Position numbers and translations under genes: made by a program. The notes beneath the pieces are model-generated. The model made no database searches, was not told the DNA's origin, and worked only from the letters and a program-made list of their open reading frames with translations. This document shows positions 10,558 to 20,400 of a stretch of DNA of 64,000 bases, one piece after another (the stretch's first letter is position 1; every line of letters begins with the position of its first letter). Source of the stretch: Clostridium sp. CAG:768 (GTDB lineage Bacteria; Cyanobacteriota; Vampirovibrionia; Gastranaerophilales; Gastranaerophilaceae); assembly GCA_000437435.1 (NCBI GenBank), contig FR899629.1, positions 171,572 through 235,571 of the forward strand, written 5' to 3'.

Positions 10558-11024
10558 TCTACTACCTCTCTAAATGCTCCACTTCCAGCTTGATTTTCTG
10601 TTACTTGAATACCTTCTACTTCTTTTACTTTTTGAATAGAATGAGGAACTGTAATTTTATATTTAGCAAAATTTAAACATTCAATATCATTAATATCATC
10701 ACCAATATATAAAAATTCTTCCTTTGACAAATTATATCTTTCAACTATATCTTTTAACACATCGATTTTTATTCTTATATTTTGATGAATTTCTTCTATT
10801 TGAAATTTTTTAGCAAGCGTTTCTATTGCAGCATTTTGCTCTCCGGAAATAATTCCGATTTTATAACCGTTTTTTCTTAAAATAGAAAATGCCATTATAT
10901 CTTTAAAATTAAGTTTTCTAGACATAGTAAAGTCATTTGCAATATACACACAATTATCTGTTACAACTCCATCAAAATCGGTTATAACCATTTTTATTGT
11001 TTTAGGTAATTTTAATTTGCCCAT
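10542..11024 (-). CDS. kdsC: 3-deoxy-D-manno-octulosonate 8-phosphate phosphatase (HAD family, KdsC/YrbI)
   Basis: HAD motif I ITDFDGVVTD, then YIGDDINDIECL...VPHS...GSGAFREVVDCLI, which aligns with KdsC. The ORF track starts at a TTG; an ATG lies at 11024. Confidence 0.7.
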   Translation of the reverse strand: MGKLKLPKTIKMVITDFDGVVTDNCVYIANDFTMSRKLNFKDIMAFSILRKNGYKIGIISGEQNAAIETLAKKFQIEEIHQNIRIKIDVLKDIVERYNLSKEEFLYIGDDINDIECLNFAKYKITVPHSIQKVKEVEGIQVTENQAGSGAFREVVDCLIG

Positions 11025-11078
11025 ATACAAAATACCCCTTATCTGCTATAATTTTAACATAAAGAGAGGGAAAAACAA

Positions 11079-12350
11079 ATGCTTTGGTATTTATTAAATT
11101 TAAGCATCATTCTGGTATTCATTATATTGTTTCTTATTGCAAGACAAACAAACAAAAGATGGTCTAAAATCAATGATTATTTAGGAATGGTTACAAACAC
11201 AGTAAACTCTGTAAGATATGGTAATTTATCTACGAAAATAGAGGAGATAAATCATCCTACATACCAAAATGTAACAGACAGTATTAACCGAATGGTAGAA
11301 ACTCTTAATGACAGGGAAAAAATGATTGTTGAGTACCAAACAGAATTAATGCGTCAAAATAAATTATTAGAATCTGTTATTAACTCTCTTTCTGACGGAA
11401 TTTTAATTATAAATGATAAATATGCTATTTTACGTGCTACACCACAAATTAGTGAATGGTTTGGAGCTAAAGGGCAAGAAATCATAGGAACAAACATTTT
11501 TGATTATATACAAATCAGCGATGATACTCCTATTGAAAGATTAAAAAATAAAGATGTTTTTGTAAAACACACACCTACCAATAACTTTGTAATGCATTCA
11601 ATTAAATTGTCTTTAGATGACGATAAAAAAAGATACGTAATTCTTATAAAAGATGTGACTAAAGAAAGAGAAATTGAAACATTAAAAGAAGATTTTGTTG
11701 CAACATTAACACATGACTTAAAAGTTCCTATTGTCGCAGAATCAAATATTATCAATTTTCTACTCAACGGAACTTTTGGAGAAATAACAGAAAAACAACA
11801 AGTTGCTCTTTTAAACATGAAAAAATCAAATGAAGAACTTGTAGATCTTGTACAAATTATTCTTGAAACATACAAAATAAAAGAAACAGGAATAAAATTA
11901 TTAAAAGAAAATATTATGCTTAACAAATTCATATCAGACATAGTTGCCAGCACTCAACCAATTGCAAATAATTCCGGAATTACAATATATTTCACACCAG
12001 CAAGAGATATTAAAGTAACTGCTGACTCTATGCAATTAGAAAGAGTTATTAAAAACTTAATTTCAAATGCTATATCTCATAGCAATACAAAAGATAGAAT
12101 TGACATTAAAACTGGAGAAATCCCAGGATACATAACTATTTCAATAATAGATTACGGACAGGGAATTCCGGAAAAAGAATTACAGTTAATTTTTAATAAA
12201 TACTATTCTGCAGCTAAAAAATTCAGAAAAATAGGAACAGGCCTTGGACTTTATCTGTCACAACAAATCATTAAATCTCATGGTGGCGAAATAACAGTCC
12301 AAAGTGAAGAAAATGTTCGCACTGAATTTTGTATAAAATTACCACTATAA
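11079..12350 (+). CDS. Sensor histidine kinase (N-terminal TM, PAS, HisKA, HATPase_c); no cognate response regulator adjacent
   Basis: H-box LTHDLKVP, then N, G1 and G2 boxes (DYGQGIP, GTGLGLYLS). Confidence 0.85.
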   Translation: MLWYLLNLSIILVFIILFLIARQTNKRWSKINDYLGMVTNTVNSVRYGNLSTKIEEINHPTYQNVTDSINRMVETLNDREKMIVEYQTELMRQNKLLESVINSLSDGILIINDKYAILRATPQISEWFGAKGQEIIGTNIFDYIQISDDTPIERLKNKDVFVKHTPTNNFVMHSIKLSLDDDKKRYVILIKDVTKEREIETLKEDFVATLTHDLKVPIVAESNIINFLLNGTFGEITEKQQVALLNMKKSNEELVDLVQIILETYKIKETGIKLLKENIMLNKFISDIVASTQPIANNSGITIYFTPARDIKVTADSMQLERVIKNLISNAISHSNTKDRIDIKTGEIPGYITISIIDYGQGIPEKELQLIFNKYYSAAKKFRKIGTGLGLYLSQQIIKSHGGEITVQSEENVRTEFCIKLPL

Positions 12351-12997
12351 ATATGCTAAAAAAATTAGAAAGTTTACTCGATTGGATATATAAAAAGAAA
12401 TGCTACTTTTGTAAAAGTTCAAAAGAAGCTGTAAGAATGTGTTCAAAATGTTACTCCCAAATGGATTATTTGCCAATTGAAATAAACAGAACAATTAATG
12501 GAACAAACATATATTGCGCAGGAATATATTCTAAAAATCTTCAAAAATTAATAAGAGGACTAAAATACCATAATCAAAGAGATTTAGCTTACTATCTGGC
12601 AAAATTCATGGCAGAGTATTTTAATCAAATTACAAATAGAACAGATTTAGAAATTATCCCTGTTCCAATATTCCCCAAAAGAGAAAAGAAACGAAAATAC
12701 AATCATATGAATTTAGTGGGAAAAGAATTTTGTAGAATAACATCAAATACACTGAATACAGAGCTTATTACAAGAATAAAAGACACAAAACCTCAATATA
12801 AATTAAAAAGAGAAGAACGTATAAAAAATCTATCTAATGCTTTTAAAGTTGATAAAAGCAAATTTAATGGGAAAACATTACTGATAATTGATGACATTTG
12901 TACAACAGGCTCAACTTTTGAAGAAATGATAAAAGAATTGCAAAAAAATGGCATAAATGATATCATATGCCTTGCAGCTACAACCCCATTTGAGTAA
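12329..12997 (+). CDS. comFC: ComF-family phosphoribosyltransferase-like competence protein
   Basis: N-terminal Cys4 zinc finger (CYFCKSS...CSKCY) and C-terminal PRTase motif LLIIDDICTTGST. Confidence 0.7.
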   Translation: MYKITTINMLKKLESLLDWIYKKKCYFCKSSKEAVRMCSKCYSQMDYLPIEINRTINGTNIYCAGIYSKNLQKLIRGLKYHNQRDLAYYLAKFMAEYFNQITNRTDLEIIPVPIFPKREKKRKYNHMNLVGKEFCRITSNTLNTELITRIKDTKPQYKLKREERIKNLSNAFKVDKSKFNGKTLLIIDDICTTGSTFEEMIKELQKNGINDIICLAATTPFE

Positions 12998-13008
12998 TAA
13001 TTTTACTA

Positions 13009-13328
13009 TGATATTAAATGAATTTTCAAAATATATACAGTCTAAAAACGAAGACATAACATCCGGTAAATCTACGGGTACAAAAATTCTCTGCGATTGG
13101 ATTAAAATTGTAATTAACAAAAATCCCAAAAATCACGTAGACAAAATTGTTCATAAAGAAATTATGCTTGCTGAAAATAAGTCAGGAGATTTTTTAATAG
13201 TAGGCAAATCCGAAAGTGGAAGAACTCTTGTAAATGCACTATATAATTATGCCCTAAGTTACGAACACTACATTATGAGTAAATGGCTCAAAAACAAAAA
13301 ACCTCAAGACTTTAACTCACAAAATTAA
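13009..13328 (+). CDS. Hypothetical protein
   Basis: ORF of about 106 aa taken from the first ATG after comFC. No motif recognised. Confidence 0.3.
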
Positions 13329-13437
13329 ATTTTTATATTAAATAGCATTGATTAATAATATATTACCCTATAGGTGAATTTCTTTTTAATTTTTTGATTT
13401 ATAAAATAATGATAAATTAAAAAGGAGTTAAAATTAT

Positions 13438-14295
13438 ATGAAAAATTCTATTTTACAAACACCTATATGCCAATTAAAATCATTAAACAATCTTTTTATT
13501 GAATTAACTGAAAAAAACTGCAACCAGCATTGCAAACACTGTTACATTGATTTTCCATTAAGCAAAAACGTTAAAGATTTTATATCTTTGGATACTATAA
13601 GAGAAGCAATAAATGATACTAAAAATGAAAGCATTGAATGTATATATTTAACTGGTGCCGAACCAATGACTCACCCTGATTTTAACTCAATTTTAAGAAT
13701 GTGCCTAAAACGCTCAAATGTATGTATATTCACAAATGGAACATTCATTAATGAAAAAAAAGTAAGATTTTTAAAAAGAGTAGAAGATGAAAGCTCTTTT
13801 GAAATAATATTTAAACTAAGTTTTGACCATTATGACGAAGTAAAAAATGACGATATAAGAGGCAGAGGCTCATACAGACAAACTGTTCATGCAATAAAAA
13901 GCCTTGCAAAATATGGTTTTAACCCTATTCTATGTATAACAAATTATTATAATGAAGATAAAATAACTCTTATTGATGAATTCAAAAAAATATGTTTAAA
14001 AAACGGATATGAAGCAAATGAAAACAATTTCACGATAAACTTGTATCACGATAAAAATAAAAAAACAGATGATATTTCAGAGTGGAATTGGAAAAGCCTT
14101 GACTGCGAATACGGTAGAATTTTAACCTCTAAAGGTATTTACAGTTGCCCATTTTTAGCAAATGATCACAGAGGCAGATGCGGTTCTGATTTTAAAGACT
14201 TTGCCAGACATAATACACTTGAAACATCATTCTGTTCAACTTGTATAAAAAATAAAGAAAAATTATTTGGTATCAATTTTCAATTATTTGAATAA
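13438..14295 (+). CDS. Radical SAM protein with C-terminal Cys-rich (SPASM/twitch-like) extension
   Basis: CNQHCKHC gives the CX3CX2C motif near the N-terminus. A GAEP-like glycine-rich SAM motif follows (LTGAEPMTHPDF). The C-terminus carries at least five Cys (C..SCPF...RGRCGS...FCSTC). Confidence 0.7.
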   Translation: MKNSILQTPICQLKSLNNLFIELTEKNCNQHCKHCYIDFPLSKNVKDFISLDTIREAINDTKNESIECIYLTGAEPMTHPDFNSILRMCLKRSNVCIFTNGTFINEKKVRFLKRVEDESSFEIIFKLSFDHYDEVKNDDIRGRGSYRQTVHAIKSLAKYGFNPILCITNYYNEDKITLIDEFKKICLKNGYEANENNFTINLYHDKNKKTDDISEWNWKSLDCEYGRILTSKGIYSCPFLANDHRGRCGSDFKDFARHNTLETSFCSTCIKNKEKLFGINFQLFE

Positions 14296-14297
14296 AA

Positions 14298-15020
14298 TTA
14301 TTGAGCAGCCTCAGGAGAAACTCCACCCTCGGCAGATGCAGGTGTAGGAGATGGAGGAGTTGCATTGCCAGATGCATCAGCTTGACCATCACCACTATTT
14401 GCAGCAGGAGCTGGAGTTTCCACTACTGTTGAAGGATCTCTTTGAGCATATAATTTTATTTGCAAACTAATTAATAAAATTCTTTTATTTTTTTCATATG
14501 GAGCTATTTCAATTTTTGAAATTTCTAAAAAGTGTTCATGCTTATATAACTCTCTCAAGAAATTCGCAAAATTAGAATAACTTGCAATCATCTCTGCAGT
14601 AACCCTGCAAACTTGATATCTGTTACCAGCATTTTTTACGAAATTATCATCCTGAGGATCATAGTCATATTTTACAGATCTCATTTTAATCTTATTTTCT
14701 CTTACAATCTGTAATATTTCACCAAATTCATCAGAAATAGCTGCTTCAGTATCAAGCCCTTCACTTATTGGTTTAAAAAATATTTTTTGAATATTTTCAT
14801 TTTCGGCTTCTTTTCTTCTTGCTGCATCTTTCAAATCCTGTAATTTTCTTTCTGAATCAGCTAATGCAGAAGATTGTGTTTTATAATCGTTTTGAATTTG
14901 AGAAATTTTCTGAACTTCAGGTATTACTTTTGAAACTAAGAAAATAAATACGATGAGAGATAAAGCAAAAATTCCTAAAGCTATTTGAAACTTTTTCATA
15001 TATATAGTATACTTGTCCAC
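14298..15020 (-). CDS. pilO: Type IV pilus assembly protein PilO-like (N-terminal TM, coiled coil, PilO fold, Pro/Ala/Ser-rich tail)
   Basis: The topology and the core segment ...RYQVCRVTAEMIASYSNFANFLRELYK..ISKIEI are consistent with PilO. It sits immediately downstream of the pilMN gene. Confidence 0.5.
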   Translation of the reverse strand: MDKYTIYMKKFQIALGIFALSLIVFIFLVSKVIPEVQKISQIQNDYKTQSSALADSERKLQDLKDAARRKEAENENIQKIFFKPISEGLDTEAAISDEFGEILQIVRENKIKMRSVKYDYDPQDDNFVKNAGNRYQVCRVTAEMIASYSNFANFLRELYKHEHFLEISKIEIAPYEKNKRILLISLQIKLYAQRDPSTVVETPAPAANSGDGQADASGNATPPSPTPASAEGGVSPEAAQ

Positions 15021-15031
15021 GTTTTCACTCC

Positions 15032-16738
15032 CTATTTATTTCCTTTTCCAAAATTTAACAACAGTTTAGGTACGCCACTATTTTTATTTTCTTCGGCCTG
15101 CTGATCTTGTTGTTGCTGAGCATTTGGATCAGGTGGCGGTGGCGGATTTAATTCTGTTGCTGTCATATTAGTTACTTCAAACTCGTAATCAGTTGGCTGA
15201 TTAGGATCAATTGTTACAGCATCATCTACAGAATCAGATTTCATTTCTAATTTATGGAGTCTTAATTTTGTACTAATCAATGAATCCTTCATATTGCGGA
15301 AGAATAAATATATATCTTCAACATTTGAAGAATCACCTTTTATATCGAATTTCCCATCATCTTTTGCAACAAAATAAGTTACCCATAAATTTTTAGGAAC
15401 AGCTTCTCCTAATGCAGTATATGCCATAAGTTTAGCCCTATTATCAGTTAAAACTTTTTTAATTTCAGCATTTACGTCAAAATCATTTTGTTTGTTTTGC
15501 TCTTCTTGCAATCTTTTTATCTCTGCATCAGTTTGCTGTAATCGTGAATTTACATCATCTAATAAAGCTTGCTTTTTATTTGCAATCATTGGCACAACCA
15601 AAAATGCAATAATAGCAGGGATTAAAATCACTATTGCAAAAGCAACTGCAATGTTTCTTGCTGCATTTGGAGAAATATCAAACTCAGAAGAGCCCAAAAC
15701 AACATGAACAGGTTCATTTGGATCATCTGACAAACCTTCTGAAGAAGAACCACTCATAAAATTGAATTTAATCGGCATATTTACATTATTACCAACGGCA
15801 ACACCAATTGCTTCCAATGAAATTTTATGAGCTGTTTCTTCTAAAACTTCTAAACTTACAGGCAAAGCATCCTGCTTTTTAAAAGTATTATTTTCCCAGA
15901 AATTAATAATACCATCTGCCTGTAATCTTTTTGATAAAAGTTCTGCACTTACCATATCAGTTTCTGATATTACATATAAATAATTTGCGGGATAACTCAT
16001 CAACGTAATTTGGGCAGATGCGTTAATTGCATTATATATTTCGTCGCCTTCAAATGATTTTATTGCCAAAGGTTCTTCATAATAATCTACAATATTTTTA
16101 CCTATCATAGAACATATTGAATATCCATTTTGTGATATCAACATTAAATTCCAAGAAACATTATCTTTCATTTGTTCTGCAGCAAGACCAGTAAAAGCCA
16201 ATGCTTTTAGAATTGATGTTAAAGATGTCTCTATCCCTGCAAGAGTTATTCCCAATTCATTTAATGCGTTTTTTATATCATCAATAACATTTTTTTGAAT
16301 TGCAGAATAAAATAATTTTCTTAAATCTCCAGACTGGGAATTACTAGCATCTGTCCAACTAATAACAGGTTCATAACGTTTAAAAATATAAGATTGTTCT
16401 ACTTCAGAAGTTAAAGCTTCTGTTACGGCATCATCTGCTAAAAGTAAAGGTAACTCTTTACTTCCAAAAAGAACCATTGGTAAATTCAATACAACACTAC
16501 TTTTCAATGGTACTTTCAATTCATTAAAAAGTTCAGTAACTGCATTTTTAAACCCTTCAATATCTGAAAGCTCTCTTAATGCTTCATTATATTCTAAAGG
16601 TCTATATGCATAATTTTTAACAGTTCTGCTTTGGATATCCAACTGAATAAGTTCCAAGCCAATACCAGGAGTTACTGATAAATATACTGTATCTTTACTA
16701 CCAACACCTAATTGCGATAAAATACTATTTAAATCCAT
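15032..16738 (-). CDS. pilMN: Fused PilM (actin-like ATPase)–PilN type IV pilus assembly protein
   Basis: The N-terminal roughly 340 aa look PilM/FtsA-like. A single TM (IAVAFAIVILIPAIIAFLVV) follows, then a coiled coil and a periplasmic PilN-like domain. Confidence 0.55.
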   Translation of the reverse strand: MDLNSILSQLGVGSKDTVYLSVTPGIGLELIQLDIQSRTVKNYAYRPLEYNEALRELSDIEGFKNAVTELFNELKVPLKSSVVLNLPMVLFGSKELPLLLADDAVTEALTSEVEQSYIFKRYEPVISWTDASNSQSGDLRKLFYSAIQKNVIDDIKNALNELGITLAGIETSLTSILKALAFTGLAAEQMKDNVSWNLMLISQNGYSICSMIGKNIVDYYEEPLAIKSFEGDEIYNAINASAQITLMSYPANYLYVISETDMVSAELLSKRLQADGIINFWENNTFKKQDALPVSLEVLEETAHKISLEAIGVAVGNNVNMPIKFNFMSGSSSEGLSDDPNEPVHVVLGSSEFDISPNAARNIAVAFAIVILIPAIIAFLVVPMIANKKQALLDDVNSRLQQTDAEIKRLQEEQNKQNDFDVNAEIKKVLTDNRAKLMAYTALGEAVPKNLWVTYFVAKDDGKFDIKGDSSNVEDIYLFFRNMKDSLISTKLRLHKLEMKSDSVDDAVTIDPNQPTDYEFEVTNMTATELNPPPPPDPNAQQQQDQQAEENKNSGVPKLLLNFGKGNK

Positions 16739-16851
16739 AATAATCTTTTTCTTACTAATTATTTACTCTAATACATTTTTATTATACAATATATTTTATA
16801 AAGTTTCTAAATTTAACATAAATTTACACTAAATGGAGGAAGAGCGACTCA

Positions 16852-17760
16852 ATGAATTACATAACCGAAGTAAATAAACTAAAAAAAGAAAAGAATGCTG
16901 TAGTACTGGCACATTGTTACCAAAATATAGAGATAGACCAAGTCGCTGATTATGTTGGAGACTCTCTTTATTTAAGCCAAATGGCTAAAAAAACTGATGC
17001 AGATATAATTATTTTTGCAGGAGTTTATTTCATGGCTCAAACAGCAAAAATTCTTAATCCAAATAAAAAAGTTATTATGCCAAATCTTAAAGCAGGCTGC
17101 GCAATGGCTGATATGATAAACTTACAACAATTAAGAGAATTTAAAAGCAAATACCCGAATATTCCGACAGTATGCTATATAAATTCAACAGCTGAAGTTA
17201 AATCAGAATGCGATATTTGTTGCACAAGTTCAAATGCTGTACAAATTGTAAAAAGCTTAAACGCTCCAAAAGTGTTATTTTTGCCTGATAAAAATCTCGG
17301 CAGATGGGTAGAAAAACAACTTGGAAATGTTGAAGTTATAACATACAACGGCTATTGCCCGGTTCATGCTAAATTTGACCCATTCAGCATACGAGAAACT
17401 GCATATGTATATCGGAATGCACTTGTAATCGCACACCCTGAATGTCCTGAAGACTTTTCTTCTCGAGCAGATTATGTCGGTAGCACCTCAGGAATTATGA
17501 ATTTTGTTAAAAACAGCAATGAAAAACAATTTATTGTTGCAACAGAAAAAGGTGTGATTGATAGATTAAAACGCGATAATCCAAACAAACAATTCTATTA
17601 CATTCATGATGTACCTTCAATTTGTCAAAGCATGAAATTAAATACCGTTTTGGATATTTATTACGCCTTGAAAAATGAAACTCCTGAAATCGAAGTTGAT
17701 AAAGAAATTTCTGAAAAAGCTCTAAAATGTATTAACCGAATGCTTGAAGTCTCAAAATAG
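16852..17760 (+). CDS. nadA: Quinolinate synthase A
   Basis: VLAHCYQ..EIDQVADYVGDSL...three conserved Cys; 302 aa, matching the NadA family. Confidence 0.9.
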   Translation: MNYITEVNKLKKEKNAVVLAHCYQNIEIDQVADYVGDSLYLSQMAKKTDADIIIFAGVYFMAQTAKILNPNKKVIMPNLKAGCAMADMINLQQLREFKSKYPNIPTVCYINSTAEVKSECDICCTSSNAVQIVKSLNAPKVLFLPDKNLGRWVEKQLGNVEVITYNGYCPVHAKFDPFSIRETAYVYRNALVIAHPECPEDFSSRADYVGSTSGIMNFVKNSNEKQFIVATEKGVIDRLKRDNPNKQFYYIHDVPSICQSMKLNTVLDIYYALKNETPEIEVDKEISEKALKCINRMLEVSK

Positions 17761-17769
17761 GAATAGGAA

Positions 17770-18504
17770 ATGGATAATATAATTTTTGGTAAAAATGCAA
17801 TAACAGAAGCTCTAATTAGTGGGGAACGAGAAATCAATAAGATTTTAATTTCCAAAAATATCCACTCTGATGCAAAATTAAACAAAATAAAAGAACTGGC
17901 AAAAGAACGTGACATTGTTTTTCAATTTGTAGCAAAAGAAAAGTTTCAACCTTATGCTGAATACAATCATCAAGGAATTATTGCTCAAATTTCACCTATC
18001 AGATACAAAGATTTAGATGAATTCTTAGAAGAAAAACATGAAAATGATTCTGTCGTAATTTTAGATGGGATAGAAGACTCTCATAACTTAGGTGCAATTA
18101 TTAGAACTTGTGTATGTGCAGGAGTATCAGGAATTATTATACCTTCAAGACGTAATGTACAAGTCAACGCAACAGTTGAAAAGACTAGCGCCGGAGCTAT
18201 TAATCATATCCCAATAATAAAAGTAAACAGTCTTATAAATGCAGTACAAAAATTAAAAAATTCCGACTGGTGGGTAGTTGCAACTGACGCAAGTGCAAAA
18301 GATAATTATTATGATGTTAAATACAACGATATGAATTTTGCACTAATAATGGGAGCAGAGCATGCAGGAGTGTCAAAATCTTTATTAAAAGCATCAGATT
18401 TTATTGTAAAAATACCAATGCTTAAAGAATTTAACTCTCTAAATGTTTCAAATGCTCTAAGTGCAATAATTTTTGAAACAGTTAGACAAAAATTAAAAAA
18501 TTAA
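17770..18504 (+). CDS. SpoU/TrmH-family RNA 2'-O-methyltransferase (RlmB-like)
   Basis: ILDGIEDSHNLGAIIRT, ALIMGAEHAGVS and NVSNALSAI are SPOUT motifs. Confidence 0.8.
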   Translation: MDNIIFGKNAITEALISGEREINKILISKNIHSDAKLNKIKELAKERDIVFQFVAKEKFQPYAEYNHQGIIAQISPIRYKDLDEFLEEKHENDSVVILDGIEDSHNLGAIIRTCVCAGVSGIIIPSRRNVQVNATVEKTSAGAINHIPIIKVNSLINAVQKLKNSDWWVVATDASAKDNYYDVKYNDMNFALIMGAEHAGVSKSLLKASDFIVKIPMLKEFNSLNVSNALSAIIFETVRQKLKN

Positions 18505-18554
18505 CTATAATAATTACATAAATTTATCATATTGATGTGATACAGGAGAGAGAA

Positions 18555-19553
18555 ATGAAAAAAGAACTTGAAAAATACGGTCTGCTGACTGAAGAAATAT
18601 CTGATGAAGATGTAAATTTTCATGAACTTGAAATTCCGGAAGAAGAAGATGTTTTAGAAACAGTAGAAGACCCTAAAGTTCAAGAAAATCTATCATCTGT
18701 AAATTCTGATGACAGCGTTAGAATATATTTACAACAAATAGGGAAAATACCTCTATTATCAAGTGAACAAGAATTAGATCTTGCAAAAAAAATATACGAA
18801 GACCACGATGATTTCTCTAAAAATTTATTAGTAAACGCAAACTTAAGATTAGTAGTAAGTATTGCAAAAAAATACATCGGTCGCGGACTTTCTTTTCTTG
18901 ATTTAATCCAAGAAGGAAATATGGGACTAATGAAAGCTGCAGGAAGATTTGATTACACAAAAGGTTATAAATTTTCTACATATGCAACTTGGTGGATTCA
19001 ACAATCAATAACTAGAGCAATAGCTGATAAAGCAAGAATTATCCGCTTACCTATACATATGATTGAATCTCTTGGGAAAATCAGACGTGCAACTATTGAT
19101 TTGACAACAGAATTAGGTCATACTCCAACAAAACAAGAAATTGCATATCGCTTAGGCGTTCCAGTGAACAAATTAACTCAAATAATAAAATCAGCTCAAT
19201 CTACAATTAGCATGGAAACTCCAGCTAATTCATCTGAAGATTCTTCAAAAATTGCAGATTTTATTGTAGATGAAGATTCTATAACTCCTGACAGCAGAGT
19301 ATCTCAAGAAAATTTATTCGAAGATATCAGAAAAATGTTAAATCAATTAAGTCCAAAAGAAAGAGATGTACTAATCCTTCGCTACGGGCTTGATAATAAC
19401 GGAAACAAAAAAACTCTTGATGAAATCGGATCTCAATATGGAGTTTCAAGAGAACGTATAAGACAAATTGAGAATAGAGCAATAGCAAAACTAAAAAAAC
19501 TTTGTAAAAATAAAAAATTAGCAGTAGGCTTAAAAAATTATTTTGGAGAATAA
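18555..19553 (+). CDS. rpoD: RNA polymerase sigma-70 primary-like sigma factor
   Basis: Regions 1.2, 2 (DLIQEGNMGLMKA..FDYTKGYKFSTYATWWI), 3 and 4 are present. The ATG at 18555 has an AGGAG ribosome-binding site; the ORF track begins at a GTG at 18537. Confidence 0.9.
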   Translation: MKKELEKYGLLTEEISDEDVNFHELEIPEEEDVLETVEDPKVQENLSSVNSDDSVRIYLQQIGKIPLLSSEQELDLAKKIYEDHDDFSKNLLVNANLRLVVSIAKKYIGRGLSFLDLIQEGNMGLMKAAGRFDYTKGYKFSTYATWWIQQSITRAIADKARIIRLPIHMIESLGKIRRATIDLTTELGHTPTKQEIAYRLGVPVNKLTQIIKSAQSTISMETPANSSEDSSKIADFIVDEDSITPDSRVSQENLFEDIRKMLNQLSPKERDVLILRYGLDNNGNKKTLDEIGSQYGVSRERIRQIENRAIAKLKKLCKNKKLAVGLKNYFGE

Positions 19554-19586
19554 AAAAAGGAGATTTTAAAATCTCCTTTTTTAATA
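19552..19586 (+). terminator. Palindromic rho-independent terminator between rpoD and pilin gene 1
   Basis: AAAAAAAGGAGATTTTAAAATCTCCTTTTTT. Confidence 0.7.
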
Positions 19587-20317
19587 TGTCATTTCCCAAT
19601 TGTCATTTAATAATTTTCCAAAACAGCCATGAATATTTACACCACTGCCGGCCATACAATATCTATTAAATTTCTCTTCTCTTAACTCCTTAGATAAAGG
19701 CACATTAGCATATCCTGTAACATTATCATCAGCATCATTTTGACTATTTAAATCATCTAGTACACCATTATTGTATAAAAACATAACAAACATATCTCTA
19801 CCAATAATATTAGGGCCTTTAGCACCATTGGTATCAACCCATATTTCCATAATTAAGCCAGATCTAGCATTGTAATAAGTTGCAATTGATGCACCACTCG
19901 CTAATACAAAATGACGTTTGCCATACCAAAAAGTCACTTTATCTCCAGAAATTTTCTTATAATTATCTTTTTCAGGGAAACACATTGCTGCATCTGTACC
20001 ACAATCTTTGACAATCTTGAAATAAGTTTTAACAAAATTGCCAGCAGCATCATCACTATTAAGACCTGCCTCAGATAAATTAAGAGCATTTTTATCAGTC
20101 ATTAATTGTAAAGCAGCTTGTTGAAACTCATTATAAACTTTATGCAACTGAACGACATAAGACTTTCTTTGATAATTTTGCATCAAAGTAGGTACTGTCA
20201 TTGCAGATACTACACCAATAATTCCTAAAGTTACTAAAACTTCGGCAAGGGTGAATCCCTTATAGGAGCTTAAATTATGCCCCCCCCCCGAGTTACATTA
20301 CTTAACAATCCAAACAT
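19581..20317 (-). CDS. Prepilin-like (class III signal peptide) protein, paralog 1; as assembled it is out of frame at a 10-G tract in the leader coding sequence
   Basis: RBS AAAGGAG, ATG at 20317, leader MFGLLSNVTR, then the G-tract. In the -1/+2 frame the sequence continues ...HNLSSYKG|FTLAEVLVTLGIIGVVSAMTVPTLMQ, which is a pilin N-terminus. The ORF track only sees the Met inside the hydrophobic segment. Confidence 0.6.
20280..20289 (-). repeat. Poly-C(+)/poly-G(−) homopolymeric tract (10 nt) inside the pilin-1 leader; putative slipped-strand phase-variation switch
   Basis: ccccccccccg read directly; the only other tracts of this kind in the window are in the other pilin genes. Confidence 0.8.
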
Positions 20318-20344
20318 AAACGCTCCTTTCGTATTTATATAGTA

Positions 20345-20353
20345 ATTATAACA
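20345..20353 (-). promoter_or_regulatory. Extended -10 (TGnTATAAT) candidate promoter for pilin gene 1
   Basis: The minus strand reads TTGTTATAAT about 30 nt upstream of the ATG. Confidence 0.35.
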
Positions 20354-20357
20354 AATA

Positions 20358-20385
20358 TGCCCGAACTTTTCAAGTTCGGGCATAT
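20358..20385 (-). terminator. Hairpin terminator downstream of rpsA
   Basis: GCCCGAAC-TTGAAA-GTTCGGGC. Confidence 0.45.
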
Positions 20386-20400
20386 TTTATAATATATCAA

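Noticed and set aside
12911-13129. 72-aa minus-strand ORF spanning the comFC end
   Set aside because: It overlaps better-supported plus-strand genes and has no RBS.
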